From Candidatus Gastranaerophilales bacterium (lineage in GTDB: Bacteria > Cyanobacteriota > Vampirovibrionia > Gastranaerophilales > Gastranaerophilaceae): a DNA stretch of 64,000 bases. Under the pieces are notes generated by a model. That model had not been told where the DNA came from, ran no database searches, and worked only from the letters and a program-made list of their open reading frames with translations. The DNA is taken from the NCBI GenBank assembly GCA_944324395.1, contig CALUWC010000005.1, forward strand, positions 32,366 to 96,365. The letters are read 5' to 3'. Numbering within the stretch: position 1 is the first letter of the stretch; each line of letters opens with the position of its first letter. The position numbers were made by a program, and so were the translations under genes. This document shows, one piece after another, positions 1-9,682 of the stretch.

Positions 1-63
1 TTGAGTGTTAAAAAGTTCTAGACAAAATTTTTTTTTATGATAACATTAATTTGAACCTTAGAT

Positions 64-140
64 GGCGGGTGTCGCCAAGTGGTTAAGGCCTCGGATTGTG
101 GTTCCGATATTCGTGGGTTCGACCCCCATCACCCGCCCCA
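64..140 (+). tRNA. tRNA-His (anticodon GTG), CCA encoded
   Basis: Cloverleaf folded by hand. Acceptor GCGGGTG(65-71)/CACCCGC(130-136). Extra G-1 at 64 opposite discriminator C137, the His hallmark. Anticodon stem TCGGA(91-95)/TCCGA(103-107) with loop TTGTGGT. T-loop TTCGACC. CCA at 138-140. Confidence 0.93.
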
Positions 141-152
141 TTTATCAAATTT

Positions 153-172
153 GCCTCTTCGGAGGCTTTTTT
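153..172 (+). terminator. Intrinsic terminator after tRNA-His
   Basis: GCCTC-TTCG-GAGGC hairpin followed by TTTTTT. Confidence 0.75.
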
Positions 173-215
173 GTTAGGACTATTTCGGTTTTGATAAATT
201 CAAAAGTCACATAAT

Positions 216-245
216 TTGACATATTTTATTTGTTGATTATATAAT
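216..245 (+). promoter_or_regulatory. Sigma-70-like promoter
   Basis: TTGACA(216-221), 18-nt spacer, TATAAT(240-245). The predicted TSS near 252 excludes the TTG at 245 as a start codon. Confidence 0.5.
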
Positions 246-274
246 TGGCTAGGTTTAAAGCGGAGTTGTATATT

Positions 275-946
275 ATGGAGATTTCTAACAGGTATTACAC
301 TGCAAATGTCGGGTTTAATGGCTCTATTCACAAGTCTGTTAATAAAATTTTTAAAAATTTAAAAACAGATTTGCCGGAAGGAGTAAAGCTGGCTGATGAT
401 GTTGTTGTGACTGCGGATGATGTTTATAAGAATTTATATAATTATGTTAGTAAAACAGATAAGAATGTAGAATTGTATTATCGAAATCCTAATATATTTC
501 AAAATATTTTTTCTTCAGATCCTTATCGCGGGTTTAAGTTTAGAAATAAGGTTACCAAAAAGGAAATTCCCGGCGGAACAAATCCCGTACGCTATTTTCA
601 GGGGTTCATATTAAATCCGGTAAAGGAATGTGTCAGTGCATTGGGTAAAGATATCATTTCTCCGGAACTCAACCCTTCTTCCCGTAAACAGTGGACTTCC
701 TGTCAATCAAAATGGGTTAATTATTTGTGCGATTATAATAGCGAAATTTTTGATAACGGGTTTATATATGAAATTCGAGCTCCGTACAAAGCTTTTTTCT
801 GGAGTATAGTAAAGTTTATAATTGCTCTTATCCCTAAAATTGAAACTCATCCATATAATGAAGCAAATTTGAAAAGTTTAAATAAATGGGTTAATGAATT
901 AGTTTCAAAATCCAAGCCGGAAGATGTGAATGCTCTTTTGAGATAA
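275..946 (+). CDS. Hypothetical protein (223 aa from ATG 275; the track ORF begins at TTG 245)
   Basis: Long ORF. GGAG lies 12 nt upstream of ATG 275, and the promoter -10 overlaps the TTG at 245. I recognise no family. N-proximal VGFNG motif. Confidence 0.65.
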   Translation: MEISNRYYTANVGFNGSIHKSVNKIFKNLKTDLPEGVKLADDVVVTADDVYKNLYNYVSKTDKNVELYYRNPNIFQNIFSSDPYRGFKFRNKVTKKEIPGGTNPVRYFQGFILNPVKECVSALGKDIISPELNPSSRKQWTSCQSKWVNYLCDYNSEIFDNGFIYEIRAPYKAFFWSIVKFIIALIPKIETHPYNEANLKSLNKWVNELVSKSKPEDVNALLR

Positions 947-1048
947 AACATTTGTTTTAAAGATTTGATTGTTATATTTCTTAATAACCTTTTATTTGTA
1001 TAGCAAATTATACTTGGTACGGTTTTATATATAGCCGGAGGTATTTTT

Positions 1049-2014
1049 ATGATTTATACAGAACATTTAAATTCTGTATCCTTTAATGGTAAGATTATTG
1101 ATTCTCATGTTCACTGCGGCAAATGGACAAATGATAATTTCCCTGTAAAGTCTGTAGTGGAATTTTTTAATAGAAAGTTTAATAATGGAAAAGATACAGT
1201 AGACAAAGTTATTATTTCAAATTTGGATTGTGTTATAAACAATGTAAATAAACGCCCTTTTAAAGATGAAATTACCGGTAATATTGATTTATTGCGAAAA
1301 AGTCTTTCTGACTCCAGATTTGTCCCGTTTGTAGTTTGCCAGCCGGGTTACGGGTGTGCTGATAATATTGAACTTTTAATAAATTCTTATCCGGGAGTTG
1401 TAAAAGGTTTAAAATTTCACCCGGCTTGTCTTGATTTGCCGGCTAATGATATAAAATATTTTCCGTATATGAAACTTGCACAGAAGTATAATTTGCCTTG
1501 TTTATTTCATAGTGAGGTTTTAACGGATGATGCAGGAAATCTTATCAGAAATGGTGTTTCTGATCCTGAATTTATATATGAAACAGCTCGCAATTTTAAA
1601 GATGTACCTGTTATACTAGGTCATATGGGGTTAGGCGGCGACAAGGCTCATGAAGCCGGTATCAAAACTCTTATTGATTCCATTGATAATGCTGATGCAA
1701 AATTGTATGTAGATTTAGCCTGGGTTGACTGGGATAATCCTGCGAAACCTCATATTGTTGAAGTTATTGATAAGCTTTTGCATACATCAAAAGGTGATAA
1801 AACTGAAAGATTATTATTCGGAACAGATGCTCCGCTTGGGGTTTTCGGAGAAAAGGCTCTAATTCAAAAAGGTTCATATGATAATAATATTAAAAATATA
1901 AAAAGTGCTATTCGTGAACATTTTGGTTCAGATGCAGATAAACTGATAAGCAGGGTTTTTTATAGAAACAGTAAAAAACTTTTGAACAACAGCGGAATTA
2001 ATTATTCAGCATAA
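1049..2014 (+). CDS. Metal-dependent amidohydrolase-fold (TIM-barrel) hydrolase
   Basis: N-terminal DSHVHCG (HxH metal motif), internal GHMG, C-terminal FGTDAP. GGAGG SD. N-proximal VSFNG motif. Confidence 0.75.
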   Translation: MIYTEHLNSVSFNGKIIDSHVHCGKWTNDNFPVKSVVEFFNRKFNNGKDTVDKVIISNLDCVINNVNKRPFKDEITGNIDLLRKSLSDSRFVPFVVCQPGYGCADNIELLINSYPGVVKGLKFHPACLDLPANDIKYFPYMKLAQKYNLPCLFHSEVLTDDAGNLIRNGVSDPEFIYETARNFKDVPVILGHMGLGGDKAHEAGIKTLIDSIDNADAKLYVDLAWVDWDNPAKPHIVEVIDKLLHTSKGDKTERLLFGTDAPLGVFGEKALIQKGSYDNNIKNIKSAIREHFGSDADKLISRVFYRNSKKLLNNSGINYSA

Positions 2015-2015
2015 C

Positions 2016-2043
2016 AAAAAAGAGTCCGAAAGGACTCTTTTTG
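2016..2043. terminator. Bidirectional intrinsic terminator
   Basis: A-run, GAGTCC-GAAA-GGACTC hairpin, T-run, between convergent genes. Confidence 0.8.
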
Positions 2044-2062
2044 TTCCATATTCAATATTGAT

Positions 2063-2698
2063 TTATTTAACAGCTTCAGCAGGTGCAGCCGGTTCAATTG
2101 GCTCAGCCGGTTCAACTTCAGGAGCTGGTTCCTGCTCAAGCTGCATCATCAATTGACGCATTCTTTCATGTCTTCTGTGCATTCTTTCTTTATGAGCCTT
2201 TTTAAACTCTGCTCTGCGTTCTTGTTTAATTTTTTCAAGTTTTTTCAGTTGTTTTTTAGTTAAGATAGCTTCAAAGTCTTTTTTACCTTGAGCTTTTATG
2301 TCCCAGATTTGTTTTTTTAGAGCAAATAGATCTTTTCTTACAGGGGCAAGTTTTTCTTGTCTTTCTTTTAGAGTTAATTTCATATCAAAGATTTCTTGCA
2401 TTTCCTGATGTTTTAATTTTATTTGTTCTTTAATAGGTTTGATTTTTTCAAATTCAGATTCTCTGATTTGTTTTGCCTGTGCTTTTTGTTCATCGGTTAA
2501 TTTTAATTCTTCCTCAAATTGTTTAATTGCTTCACAGTGCATTTTCTTTATTTTTTCAGGACATCCTGCATTTGGACCAGGACATTCTTTTTTTATAGGA
2601 CATGGGCCTTGAGCTTCAGGAACGGCTGTTTCTTGAGCAAAAGTTGTTAAAGATGAAGTAAGTGCGATAACCCCAGCTAAAATTAATAATTTTTTCAT
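2063..2698 (-). CDS. Periplasmic LTXXQ-motif (Spy/CpxP-like) protein
   Basis: Signal peptide MKKLLILAGVIALTSSLTTFA. LTDEQ and LTKKQ LTXXQ-type motifs. Highly charged helical repeats. Confidence 0.65.
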   Translation of the reverse strand: MKKLLILAGVIALTSSLTTFAQETAVPEAQGPCPIKKECPGPNAGCPEKIKKMHCEAIKQFEEELKLTDEQKAQAKQIRESEFEKIKPIKEQIKLKHQEMQEIFDMKLTLKERQEKLAPVRKDLFALKKQIWDIKAQGKKDFEAILTKKQLKKLEKIKQERRAEFKKAHKERMHRRHERMRQLMMQLEQEPAPEVEPAEPIEPAAPAEAVK

Positions 2699-2867
2699 TT
2701 CTCTTCCTTTCGTTTTCTACTACTAATGAGATGTTTCATTCTACATGCATATAACGATTTAATTTTTATTTTTGTTCATTTTTTCTATTTTTATTATATT
2801 TGTTTTTAACAATTTGTCTAGATAAATATTAGAATTTGTGTTAAAATCAAGCTTATTGGAGGGGAGT

Positions 2868-4553
2868 ATGGACAAGAAAAAAAGTGTTATTAAGATAATA
2901 TTATTTGTTTTGCTAATAATTTTGGCAGCCGGATTAAGGTTGCTATATATAAATACTTCCTTCTGGTATGATGAAGCATGTTCTTGGTTTACGGCATCTA
3001 AAGCATTTCCAATGGGGATTATTGATAATCTTTTACATCTTGATTTGCAGCATACTCCGTTATATTTTTTCATTCTGCATTTTTGGATGAAAATTTTTGG
3101 AGATTCTGAAGTTGCTATCAGATCTTTATCTGTAATTTTTGCTATCGGAACAGTGCCTCTGGTTTATACTGCGGCTAAAAAACTTACCTCAGTGAAAAAT
3201 GCAATTATTGCGGTTCTTTTGGCTGCCGTAAGTCCTATTCTTGTGTTCTTTTCTACAGAGGCAAGAATGTATCCGCTGGTTATCTTTATGGTTATTTTAT
3301 CCGTAAATTATTTAATTGATTTTGAACAGAAAAATGATATAAAATCTCTGATTAAATTAGTATTTGCAAATCTTCTAATCCCTTATACTCTTGTAGGCGG
3401 AATTTTGTATAATGTTTCTCTTGTTATTTGCTATGGATGTTATTTATTTAAAGATAACAGAGAAAAGTTTTTCAGGTATATAAAGGCTGCTGTTGTTGAA
3501 TTCATACTGCTTATTCCGTATTTTGTTCTTATCGGCTATTATGCTAAAATGCGAAGTTTGTTCGTTGTAAGGCATGAAGGACCCCTTGCATTTTTTAATA
3601 TAATTGATTTAATCAGGAATTTCTTTGGTATTATTCTGACTCCAAATCCGTATTGGCCTGAATTAAATCCCTATGTTGTAACTCTGGTATTTACACTGCT
3701 TGTCATTGTTCCTTGTGTTTATTTCGTATACGGTTTGGTTCAAGGCTGTAAGCTTTCTGAAAAATTTTTGCAAGTCTTGTATTTTATATTCTTTTTAAAT
3801 TTTGGACTTGCCGTAGTTTGTTCATATTTTGAAATAAGTATATTTACGGTTCGTTATTATTTATACTTGCTGCCTCCGTTATTTATACTCGCTGTTATCG
3901 GCTTGTCAAAGAAGCTCTCTTTTAAGCATCTTGGCATTTTCGTGTCTATCTTTATAGCATCAGCCGTGTCATATAATATTCAACAACTTGATGTAATGTA
4001 TCATTTAAAATTTTTCGCATTTGAAGCTGTGAAGGCTGAAGCCGATGAGTTAAAACTGGGAAAAGATGATGTAATTATTATGCCGTTAGGTTCTGATGCT
4101 CCGTATTATTTCAGAAAGCCCGGATCTTCCAAAGTTTTCAATTTCGATTTTCATAAAGAGGTAAGAAATCCGTATAATTCTAATTATTATGATGCAGAAC
4201 AGCAGAAGTTAATGGACAAACCTGCAAAATATGGTGTTATTTATGATGCGGTGTTTGCAAATACTTATTTTTCAGAAAATCATTTTAAATATTTTACAAA
4301 AGAGGTTAATTCTTATGTGCCTTCCGGAAGATATGTATTGGTAGCATTATATGGCGGTGATGTTAATGCTATAGTTCAGCTCAGGGATTTACGTAAGTCT
4401 ATTTCAAGCGTTCAGGATATTAAAGACAGGTGTCTTGATATTATGCTGCAAAAATATATTTATGATATGGGTGAACTATTGAATTTGGATTTTGATTTAA
4501 TGAATTCCTATACTAAGGATAATTATACATATTTTATATTTAAAAAAAGATAA
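2868..4553 (+). CDS. GT-C fold glycosyltransferase (family 39 / ArnT-like), polytopic membrane protein
   Basis: More than 10 predicted TM helices. YDEA motif after the first TM segment. GGAGGGGA SD before ATG 2868 (track ORF starts at 2838). Confidence 0.6.
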   Translation: MDKKKSVIKIILFVLLIILAAGLRLLYINTSFWYDEACSWFTASKAFPMGIIDNLLHLDLQHTPLYFFILHFWMKIFGDSEVAIRSLSVIFAIGTVPLVYTAAKKLTSVKNAIIAVLLAAVSPILVFFSTEARMYPLVIFMVILSVNYLIDFEQKNDIKSLIKLVFANLLIPYTLVGGILYNVSLVICYGCYLFKDNREKFFRYIKAAVVEFILLIPYFVLIGYYAKMRSLFVVRHEGPLAFFNIIDLIRNFFGIILTPNPYWPELNPYVVTLVFTLLVIVPCVYFVYGLVQGCKLSEKFLQVLYFIFFLNFGLAVVCSYFEISIFTVRYYLYLLPPLFILAVIGLSKKLSFKHLGIFVSIFIASAVSYNIQQLDVMYHLKFFAFEAVKAEADELKLGKDDVIIMPLGSDAPYYFRKPGSSKVFNFDFHKEVRNPYNSNYYDAEQQKLMDKPAKYGVIYDAVFANTYFSENHFKYFTKEVNSYVPSGRYVLVALYGGDVNAIVQLRDLRKSISSVQDIKDRCLDIMLQKYIYDMGELLNLDFDLMNSYTKDNYTYFIFKKR

Positions 4554-4598
4554 TATGATTATTTATAAGTTATTATTATAATAATAAACAGAGGCTTT

Positions 4599-5003
4599 AT
4601 GTTAAATAAGATTATCAGTGTATTGTTATTTTTTATATTGTGTGTTTCTTCCGGATTAGTGTATGCAGAAACTTCCGAAGTTGAAACATGGCAGAAAGTT
4701 TCGGATAATAATTATATAAATCCTGATGGTGTTGTAGGTACAGAAGATATGTATGGATTTACGTTTATATTGAAATCTTATAACAAAGGTCAGTATGAAC
4801 CTGTTAATGGTCAAAAAATTCAGTATACATTAAGCCAGTATACAATAGATTGTGTGAAAAGACTTTATAAAATAGGAGTTATAGATTCTTACGGTTATCA
4901 AAATAATTTTGTAAACGGTGATTATAATAAATATGCTAAATTTCAGCCTATAGTTTCAGGAACGGCCGTAGGTGCTGTTGCTGCAAAATTATGCAGACCC
5001 TAG
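4599..5003 (+). CDS. Secreted hypothetical protein
   Basis: ORF with signal peptide (LLFFILCVSSGLVYA). Confidence 0.6.
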   Translation: MLNKIISVLLFFILCVSSGLVYAETSEVETWQKVSDNNYINPDGVVGTEDMYGFTFILKSYNKGQYEPVNGQKIQYTLSQYTIDCVKRLYKIGVIDSYGYQNNFVNGDYNKYAKFQPIVSGTAVGAVAAKLCRP

Positions 5004-5014
5004 ATTTCCATAAA

Positions 5015-5047
5015 AAGACCTTGAATGAAGTGAAAATTCAAGGTCTT
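5015..5047. terminator. Bidirectional terminator hairpin
   Basis: 12-bp stem AAGACCTTGAAT/ATTCAAGGTCTT between convergent genes. Confidence 0.7.
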
Positions 5048-5074
5048 AAGAGTTTTTGTATTTATGTCTTTTTA

Positions 5075-5413
5075 TTATGCTGCAGTGTCTAATTTTTTAC
5101 CTGCTTCAGGAGTTTTAGTTTCAGAAGGTTTTGTTTCCGCAGGTTTTACTTCTTCTGTTTTTTTATCGTCAGCTTTTTTATTTGTTAATTCAACGGTATC
5201 TTTTTCCGGAGTTTTTTCTAATTGTATATTAGCTACATTTGAAATTAATTCTTTTTTAAAATCTTCCATAGACATTTGGCGGACACCGTTTTTATCGCCT
5301 ACAAGTGTAACGATTCCGTTATTTTTTGTTGCTGAAATATGCTCACCGTCTTTTGTTGTGTATTTGATTGTTGTAAAAGGTTTAAGGTTTGTGTTTTGTA
5401 CTGCTTCTGCCAT
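5075..5413 (-). CDS. Hypothetical protein with Lys/Glu/Thr/Pro-rich tail
   Basis: ORF with GAAAGGAAG SD. Preferred over the overlapping + strand ORF 5064-5456, whose Phe/Ser-rich composition looks like an antisense artefact. Confidence 0.6.
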   Translation of the reverse strand: MAEAVQNTNLKPFTTIKYTTKDGEHISATKNNGIVTLVGDKNGVRQMSMEDFKKELISNVANIQLEKTPEKDTVELTNKKADDKKTEEVKPAETKPSETKTPEAGKKLDTAA

Positions 5414-5567
5414 AATAAACTTCCTTTCATTTGATTTGTTTTTACCCTTCTGTTAAATCATGTGAATATTTATAATTGACTTTTTAGTTACTAACATTTA
5501 CATTTCTTAATTTTTACTTATATAAACTCCATTTGTTAAATTAACTAATTAATGATATTCTAATAGT

Positions 5568-6092
5568 ATGATTGATTTGATGATTTTATATGTATTGTTA
5601 AAGCACGATTTGACTATGTATGCAGTGCATAAGCGTATTCAAGAAAAGTTTTTAGCCTATACCGCTCCAAGTTTTGGGGCAATAAAACCAGCATTGGTCA
5701 GACTTGAAAAAGCCGGTTGTATTACATCTGCAAGAATTATGTCTGACGGCGGTAAATTATCAGTATTTTATTCAATAACAAAAGACGGTTCAAAAAGACT
5801 CAGGGAGCTTTTGTTAAATCCGTTTTCTTCCAATCCGCTTCAGTTTCTTTCAGATGCAAGAGTAAAATTATCCTGTGCCGGATTTTTGAATGCCGAGGAT
5901 TCTATGGAATTATTTATGGATATAAAATCAAATGCTCTGATGCATAAGGTAAATGCCGAAAAAATTCTGTCTGATGAATATACTCCTTTAGATTTTTATC
6001 AGAAAATTGTTTTGGATAATACTATTTGTGAATATAATAACTTTATATCAATGATTGAAGGGTTGGAAAAGAATAATGCCGGCAATAGTTAA
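5568..6092 (+). CDS. PadR-like winged-helix transcriptional regulator
   Basis: N-terminal LMILYVLLKHDLTMYAVHKRI... resembles the PadR wHTH. About 170 aa. Confidence 0.55.
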   Translation: MIDLMILYVLLKHDLTMYAVHKRIQEKFLAYTAPSFGAIKPALVRLEKAGCITSARIMSDGGKLSVFYSITKDGSKRLRELLLNPFSSNPLQFLSDARVKLSCAGFLNAEDSMELFMDIKSNALMHKVNAEKILSDEYTPLDFYQKIVLDNTICEYNNFISMIEGLEKNNAGNS

Positions 6093-7344
6093 CAGTGTTA
6101 TCCCAAATTCTATCGCTGAAGAACTGGAGATAGAAAAAGGAGATATAATCCTATCTGTCGATGGTAATGGTATGCTTGATATGATTGATTATAATTTTTA
6201 TATAAAATCAGAGCTGATTACTGTTGATGTTCAAAAAACTAATGGCGAAATTGAAGAAATAGAAATAGAAAAAGACTTTGATGAAGATTTAGGAATAGTT
6301 TTTGAAAGTGCTGTTTTTGACAAAATCAAACCCTGTTTAAATCATTGTATTTTTTGTTTTGTCGATCAGCAGCCCAAAGGGCTTCGAGACAGTTTGTATG
6401 TAAAAGATGATGATTACAGACTTTCTTATCTTCAGGGTACTTATATTACTTTAACAAATTTAAAAGATGAAGATAAGGAACGAATAAAAAGAATGCATCT
6501 GGGTCCTTTTTATGTTTCTGTTCATACTACCAATCCGGAATTAAGGGTTAAAATGCTCAGAAATCCTAATGCCGGTAAAAGTCTTGATACATTGCAATGG
6601 TTTCGCCGTAATAAAATTCCTTTTCATGCTCAAATTGTTTTGTGTCCCGGCATAAACGACGGGGAAGAATTAGAAAGAACATTATCTGATTTGGCAAAAC
6701 TTAAAAATACAGTTTTATCTGTCGCTATTGTGCCGGTTGGGTTAACTCAATTCAGACCAGACGGAGAACTTAGGAAGGTAGATAAAGAATGTGCATTGGA
6801 AACTATAAAAATAGCTTCTAAGTATAAAAGGGTTTGTTGTTCCGATGAATTTTTCTTGCTGGCAGAAAAGCCTATACCTCATGCAAAATATTACGGCAGC
6901 TATGCTCAATTGAGTGACGGGGTCGGAGCTTTGAGGTTGACTTATGATGATTTTAAATCTTTAGAACTTCCAAAATCTGTATCTAAACCTTACAAATTGG
7001 TTTTTGCGTGTTCTTATGCCGCCAAAGATATGTTGCTTAAAGTGTCAGAAAAATTGAATAAAATAAAAAATTTGTCTGTAGAAATCCATCCTGTTAAATC
7101 CGAATACTGGGGACAGGATATTACTGTTGCAGGGCTTATTACAACAGAAGATTTAGTTAGAACAGTAAAAGATGTAGAATGCGATATTGTTGTGATTCCG
7201 TCTGTTATGCTAAGACCGTACAGTGAAGATTTTCTTGACGGTAAAAATTTAGATTATGTAAAAGAAAAATCGGGTAAGAACTTTCTTGTTCAGAAAAATA
7301 TTTATTCGCTAAAAGAAGTTGTTGAATTTATTTCAGGTATCTGA
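6076..7344 (+). CDS. PDZ + radical-SAM-like DUF512 Fe-S protein
   Basis: CLNHCIFCF cysteine motif after an N-terminal PDZ-like segment (GDIILSVDG). ATG 6076 is preferred over 6055. Confidence 0.75.
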   Translation: MPAIVNSVIPNSIAEELEIEKGDIILSVDGNGMLDMIDYNFYIKSELITVDVQKTNGEIEEIEIEKDFDEDLGIVFESAVFDKIKPCLNHCIFCFVDQQPKGLRDSLYVKDDDYRLSYLQGTYITLTNLKDEDKERIKRMHLGPFYVSVHTTNPELRVKMLRNPNAGKSLDTLQWFRRNKIPFHAQIVLCPGINDGEELERTLSDLAKLKNTVLSVAIVPVGLTQFRPDGELRKVDKECALETIKIASKYKRVCCSDEFFLLAEKPIPHAKYYGSYAQLSDGVGALRLTYDDFKSLELPKSVSKPYKLVFACSYAAKDMLLKVSEKLNKIKNLSVEIHPVKSEYWGQDITVAGLITTEDLVRTVKDVECDIVVIPSVMLRPYSEDFLDGKNLDYVKEKSGKNFLVQKNIYSLKEVVEFISGI

Positions 7345-7353
7345 TTAATGTTT

Positions 7354-7560
7354 TTAAGGAACAGGATCGTAGCCTCCTGGGTTACCGGGATGACAGCGGC
7401 AAATTCTCTTTATTCCGAGCCAAGAACCCTTTAAGGCTCCGTACTTTATAATAGCCTGTCTTGTATATTCTGAGCATGTTGGATAAAATCTGCATACTGA
7501 AGGTGTATATTTTGAAATCGTCTGATATATTTTTATTAAAAATAACAGTATATATTTCAT
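7354..7560 (-). CDS. yidD: Membrane protein insertion efficiency factor YidD
   Basis: [10 protein letters not shown]...[13 protein letters not shown] signature, 68 aa. Confidence 0.9.
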   Translation of the reverse strand: MKYILLFLIKIYQTISKYTPSVCRFYPTCSEYTRQAIIKYGALKGSWLGIKRICRCHPGNPGGYDPVP

Positions 7561-7573
7561 ATTCTATTCTATT

Positions 7574-9682
7574 CTATTCCGTTACGTAAGCTTCGCCGAT
7601 TGTGTCTATAGCTTCAACTTTGATATCTGTAATAAGTTCTGAATAAGAGATTACAACAATTGTCGGAATATGTCTTTCTAATAATTGATATAACGGTAAT
7701 CTGATTCTTGGCGAACATAAAACAACAGGCTGTCTGCCGCAGGTCTGGTGTGCTCTCAAAAGAGTTGTTGCTGTTGTTTCAATCAGTTCTTGAACCTGAA
7801 CAGGATTTAATAAAAACATTGTACCAAGCTCAGTTCTCTGGCAGCTGTCATCAAGAGTTTTTTCCCATTCAGGAGAGAGTGTGAGTGCATATAAAACTTT
7901 GTCATCTTGCACATTAGATAAACATATTTGACGACCTAATGCTGCCCTTAATCTTTCAGATAAAATGTCCGGTTCTTTTGAAAATCTTGCGTAATCGCAG
8001 AGTCTTTCAAATACAAAGATAATATCTTTTATTGAAACTTTTTCTCTAATTAAATTAACAAAGATTTTCCGCAGGTCGCTTGTTGAAATAATAGTCGGAA
8101 CAAGGTCATTGACAAGCGTAGGATCTTGAGAACGCACAAGTTCCATAAGTTTAAGCACATCTGTTTTTGTCATAACTTCATCAACGTGTTTTCTTACACA
8201 TTCTTGCAAATGTGTAACAATAACATCTGTCGCATCAACTGCCGTAACAAGTCTTGCAGATTTTGCATCTTCCGGAGTTATCCAGTAAGCTTGAGTTTGA
8301 TATGTCGGGTCAATACCTATAATCGCATCTTCCGGAACTTCTTTTTTCATAGAATCCCATTGGTCCGCAATTACCATATATTTCCCCGGATAAACATATC
8401 CTGTAGCAACAGTGTTACCACGAATAGATATCATATATTCATTTGCATCTAATGCAGAGGAATCCATAATTCTTATATTAGGAAGTATATAACCTAATTC
8501 ATCAGTTACTCTTTGACGCAGAGCTGCAATTTTTGCAAGCAGCTGACCTTCTTGATCAGGGTCAGCAATTACAAGCAGATTTGAGCCGACCTGCAAACTT
8601 AAAATATCAACTCCTAAACGCTCATACATTCTGTTCGGATTAACAAGATCCTGCATATTTTGACGAACATTTTCCAACTGTCCTAACTGAGATTGAACAT
8701 CGGCATTGATAAGTACTTGAAACCCTGCAATAAATAATATTACTGCCATTATGAAAAATGGCAGAGGCGGTAATCCTGTTCCTTGCCAGAACCAGGTATG
8801 ACCGGTAAATGCAAGTAAAAGTAAAAATGCTGCGGCAAAGAATAATGCATACGGTTTACTTGTGATTTGTGCAGTAACATCAGAACCTAATGACGGACTT
8901 GCTGCAGATGCACGAGTCATAAATATACCTGCTGCAATTGACATTAATAATGAAGGTACCTGAGAAGCCAAACCGTCACCTATGGTTAATACTGTGTATT
9001 TTGAAACTGCATCAGCTATAGGCATCTGGTTCATCAAACAACCGACGCATAAGCCTCCTACGATGTTAATAATTACGATAATGATACCTGCAATTGTATC
9101 CCCTTTTACGAATTTCATTGCACCGTCCATTGAACCCATAAGGTTTGATTCTCTGGATAAGTCTTCACGTTTTTTTGTCGCTTCTTCTGGGGATATTAAA
9201 CCTGCGTTAAAGTCAGCATCAATTGTCATTTGTTTTCCAGGCATAGCATCCAGTGCGAAACGTGCAGAAACTTCTGCAATACGTTCGGCACCCTTGGTGA
9301 TTACCATAAACTGTACAACAGTGATAATAAGGAAGATTACACCTCCGACAATCATATTTCCGCCTGTTACGAATGTTCCGAATGCGTGAATTACTTCTCC
9401 GGCTTCTCCTTTTGCTAGAATCAATCGAGTAGAAGCAATTGACAGTACAAGTCTAAACATTGTACCAATCAAAATGATTGAAGGAAAGGAGGAGAGTTCC
9501 AGCGTTTTTTGTACATATAGTGCAAACATCAAAAGAACAATTCCTAAAGCAATATTCAAACAAATACAGCAATTTATAACCCAGTTTGGCAGTTCAACCA
9601 GTAAAATAATCAGCAATGCCAATACGAACAATGCCATAAATATTTCGCTTAACGGATTATTGTTTGCTTCTGGTGCTGCCAT
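7574..9682 (-). CDS. flhA: Flagellar export gate protein FlhA
   Basis: 702 aa. N-terminal TM domain with FHIPEP-type loop (MPGKQMTIDADFNAG) and a large cytoplasmic C-terminal domain. Confidence 0.92.
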   Translation of the reverse strand: MAAPEANNNPLSEIFMALFVLALLIILLVELPNWVINCCICLNIALGIVLLMFALYVQKTLELSSFPSIILIGTMFRLVLSIASTRLILAKGEAGEVIHAFGTFVTGGNMIVGGVIFLIITVVQFMVITKGAERIAEVSARFALDAMPGKQMTIDADFNAGLISPEEATKKREDLSRESNLMGSMDGAMKFVKGDTIAGIIIVIINIVGGLCVGCLMNQMPIADAVSKYTVLTIGDGLASQVPSLLMSIAAGIFMTRASAASPSLGSDVTAQITSKPYALFFAAAFLLLLAFTGHTWFWQGTGLPPLPFFIMAVILFIAGFQVLINADVQSQLGQLENVRQNMQDLVNPNRMYERLGVDILSLQVGSNLLVIADPDQEGQLLAKIAALRQRVTDELGYILPNIRIMDSSALDANEYMISIRGNTVATGYVYPGKYMVIADQWDSMKKEVPEDAIIGIDPTYQTQAYWITPEDAKSARLVTAVDATDVIVTHLQECVRKHVDEVMTKTDVLKLMELVRSQDPTLVNDLVPTIISTSDLRKIFVNLIREKVSIKDIIFVFERLCDYARFSKEPDILSERLRAALGRQICLSNVQDDKVLYALTLSPEWEKTLDDSCQRTELGTMFLLNPVQVQELIETTATTLLRAHQTCGRQPVVLCSPRIRLPLYQLLERHIPTIVVISYSELITDIKVEAIDTIGEAYVTE

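Noticed and set aside
1003-1033. GCAAAT-N19-TATATA upstream of the amidohydrolase gene, considered as a seventh copy of the shared element.
   Set aside because: Only the two hexamers and the spacing match. The ATACTT block is in a different register and the GTAAGG block is absent. The TATATA box is also only 15 nt from the ATG, so a TSS there would remove the SD. Probably chance in AT-rich DNA.
2759-3073. 104-aa minus-strand ORF overlapping the glycosyltransferase start.
   Set aside because: It overlaps the promoter and 5' end of a well-supported membrane protein gene, with an Asn/Lys/Ile-rich composition. Judged spurious.
5064-5456. 130-aa + strand ORF overlapping the 112-aa minus-strand ORF.
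   Set aside because: Phe/Ser/Val-rich low-complexity translation with no SD, typical of the antisense frame of a Lys/Glu/Thr-rich gene. The minus-strand ORF has an SD and a sensible composition.
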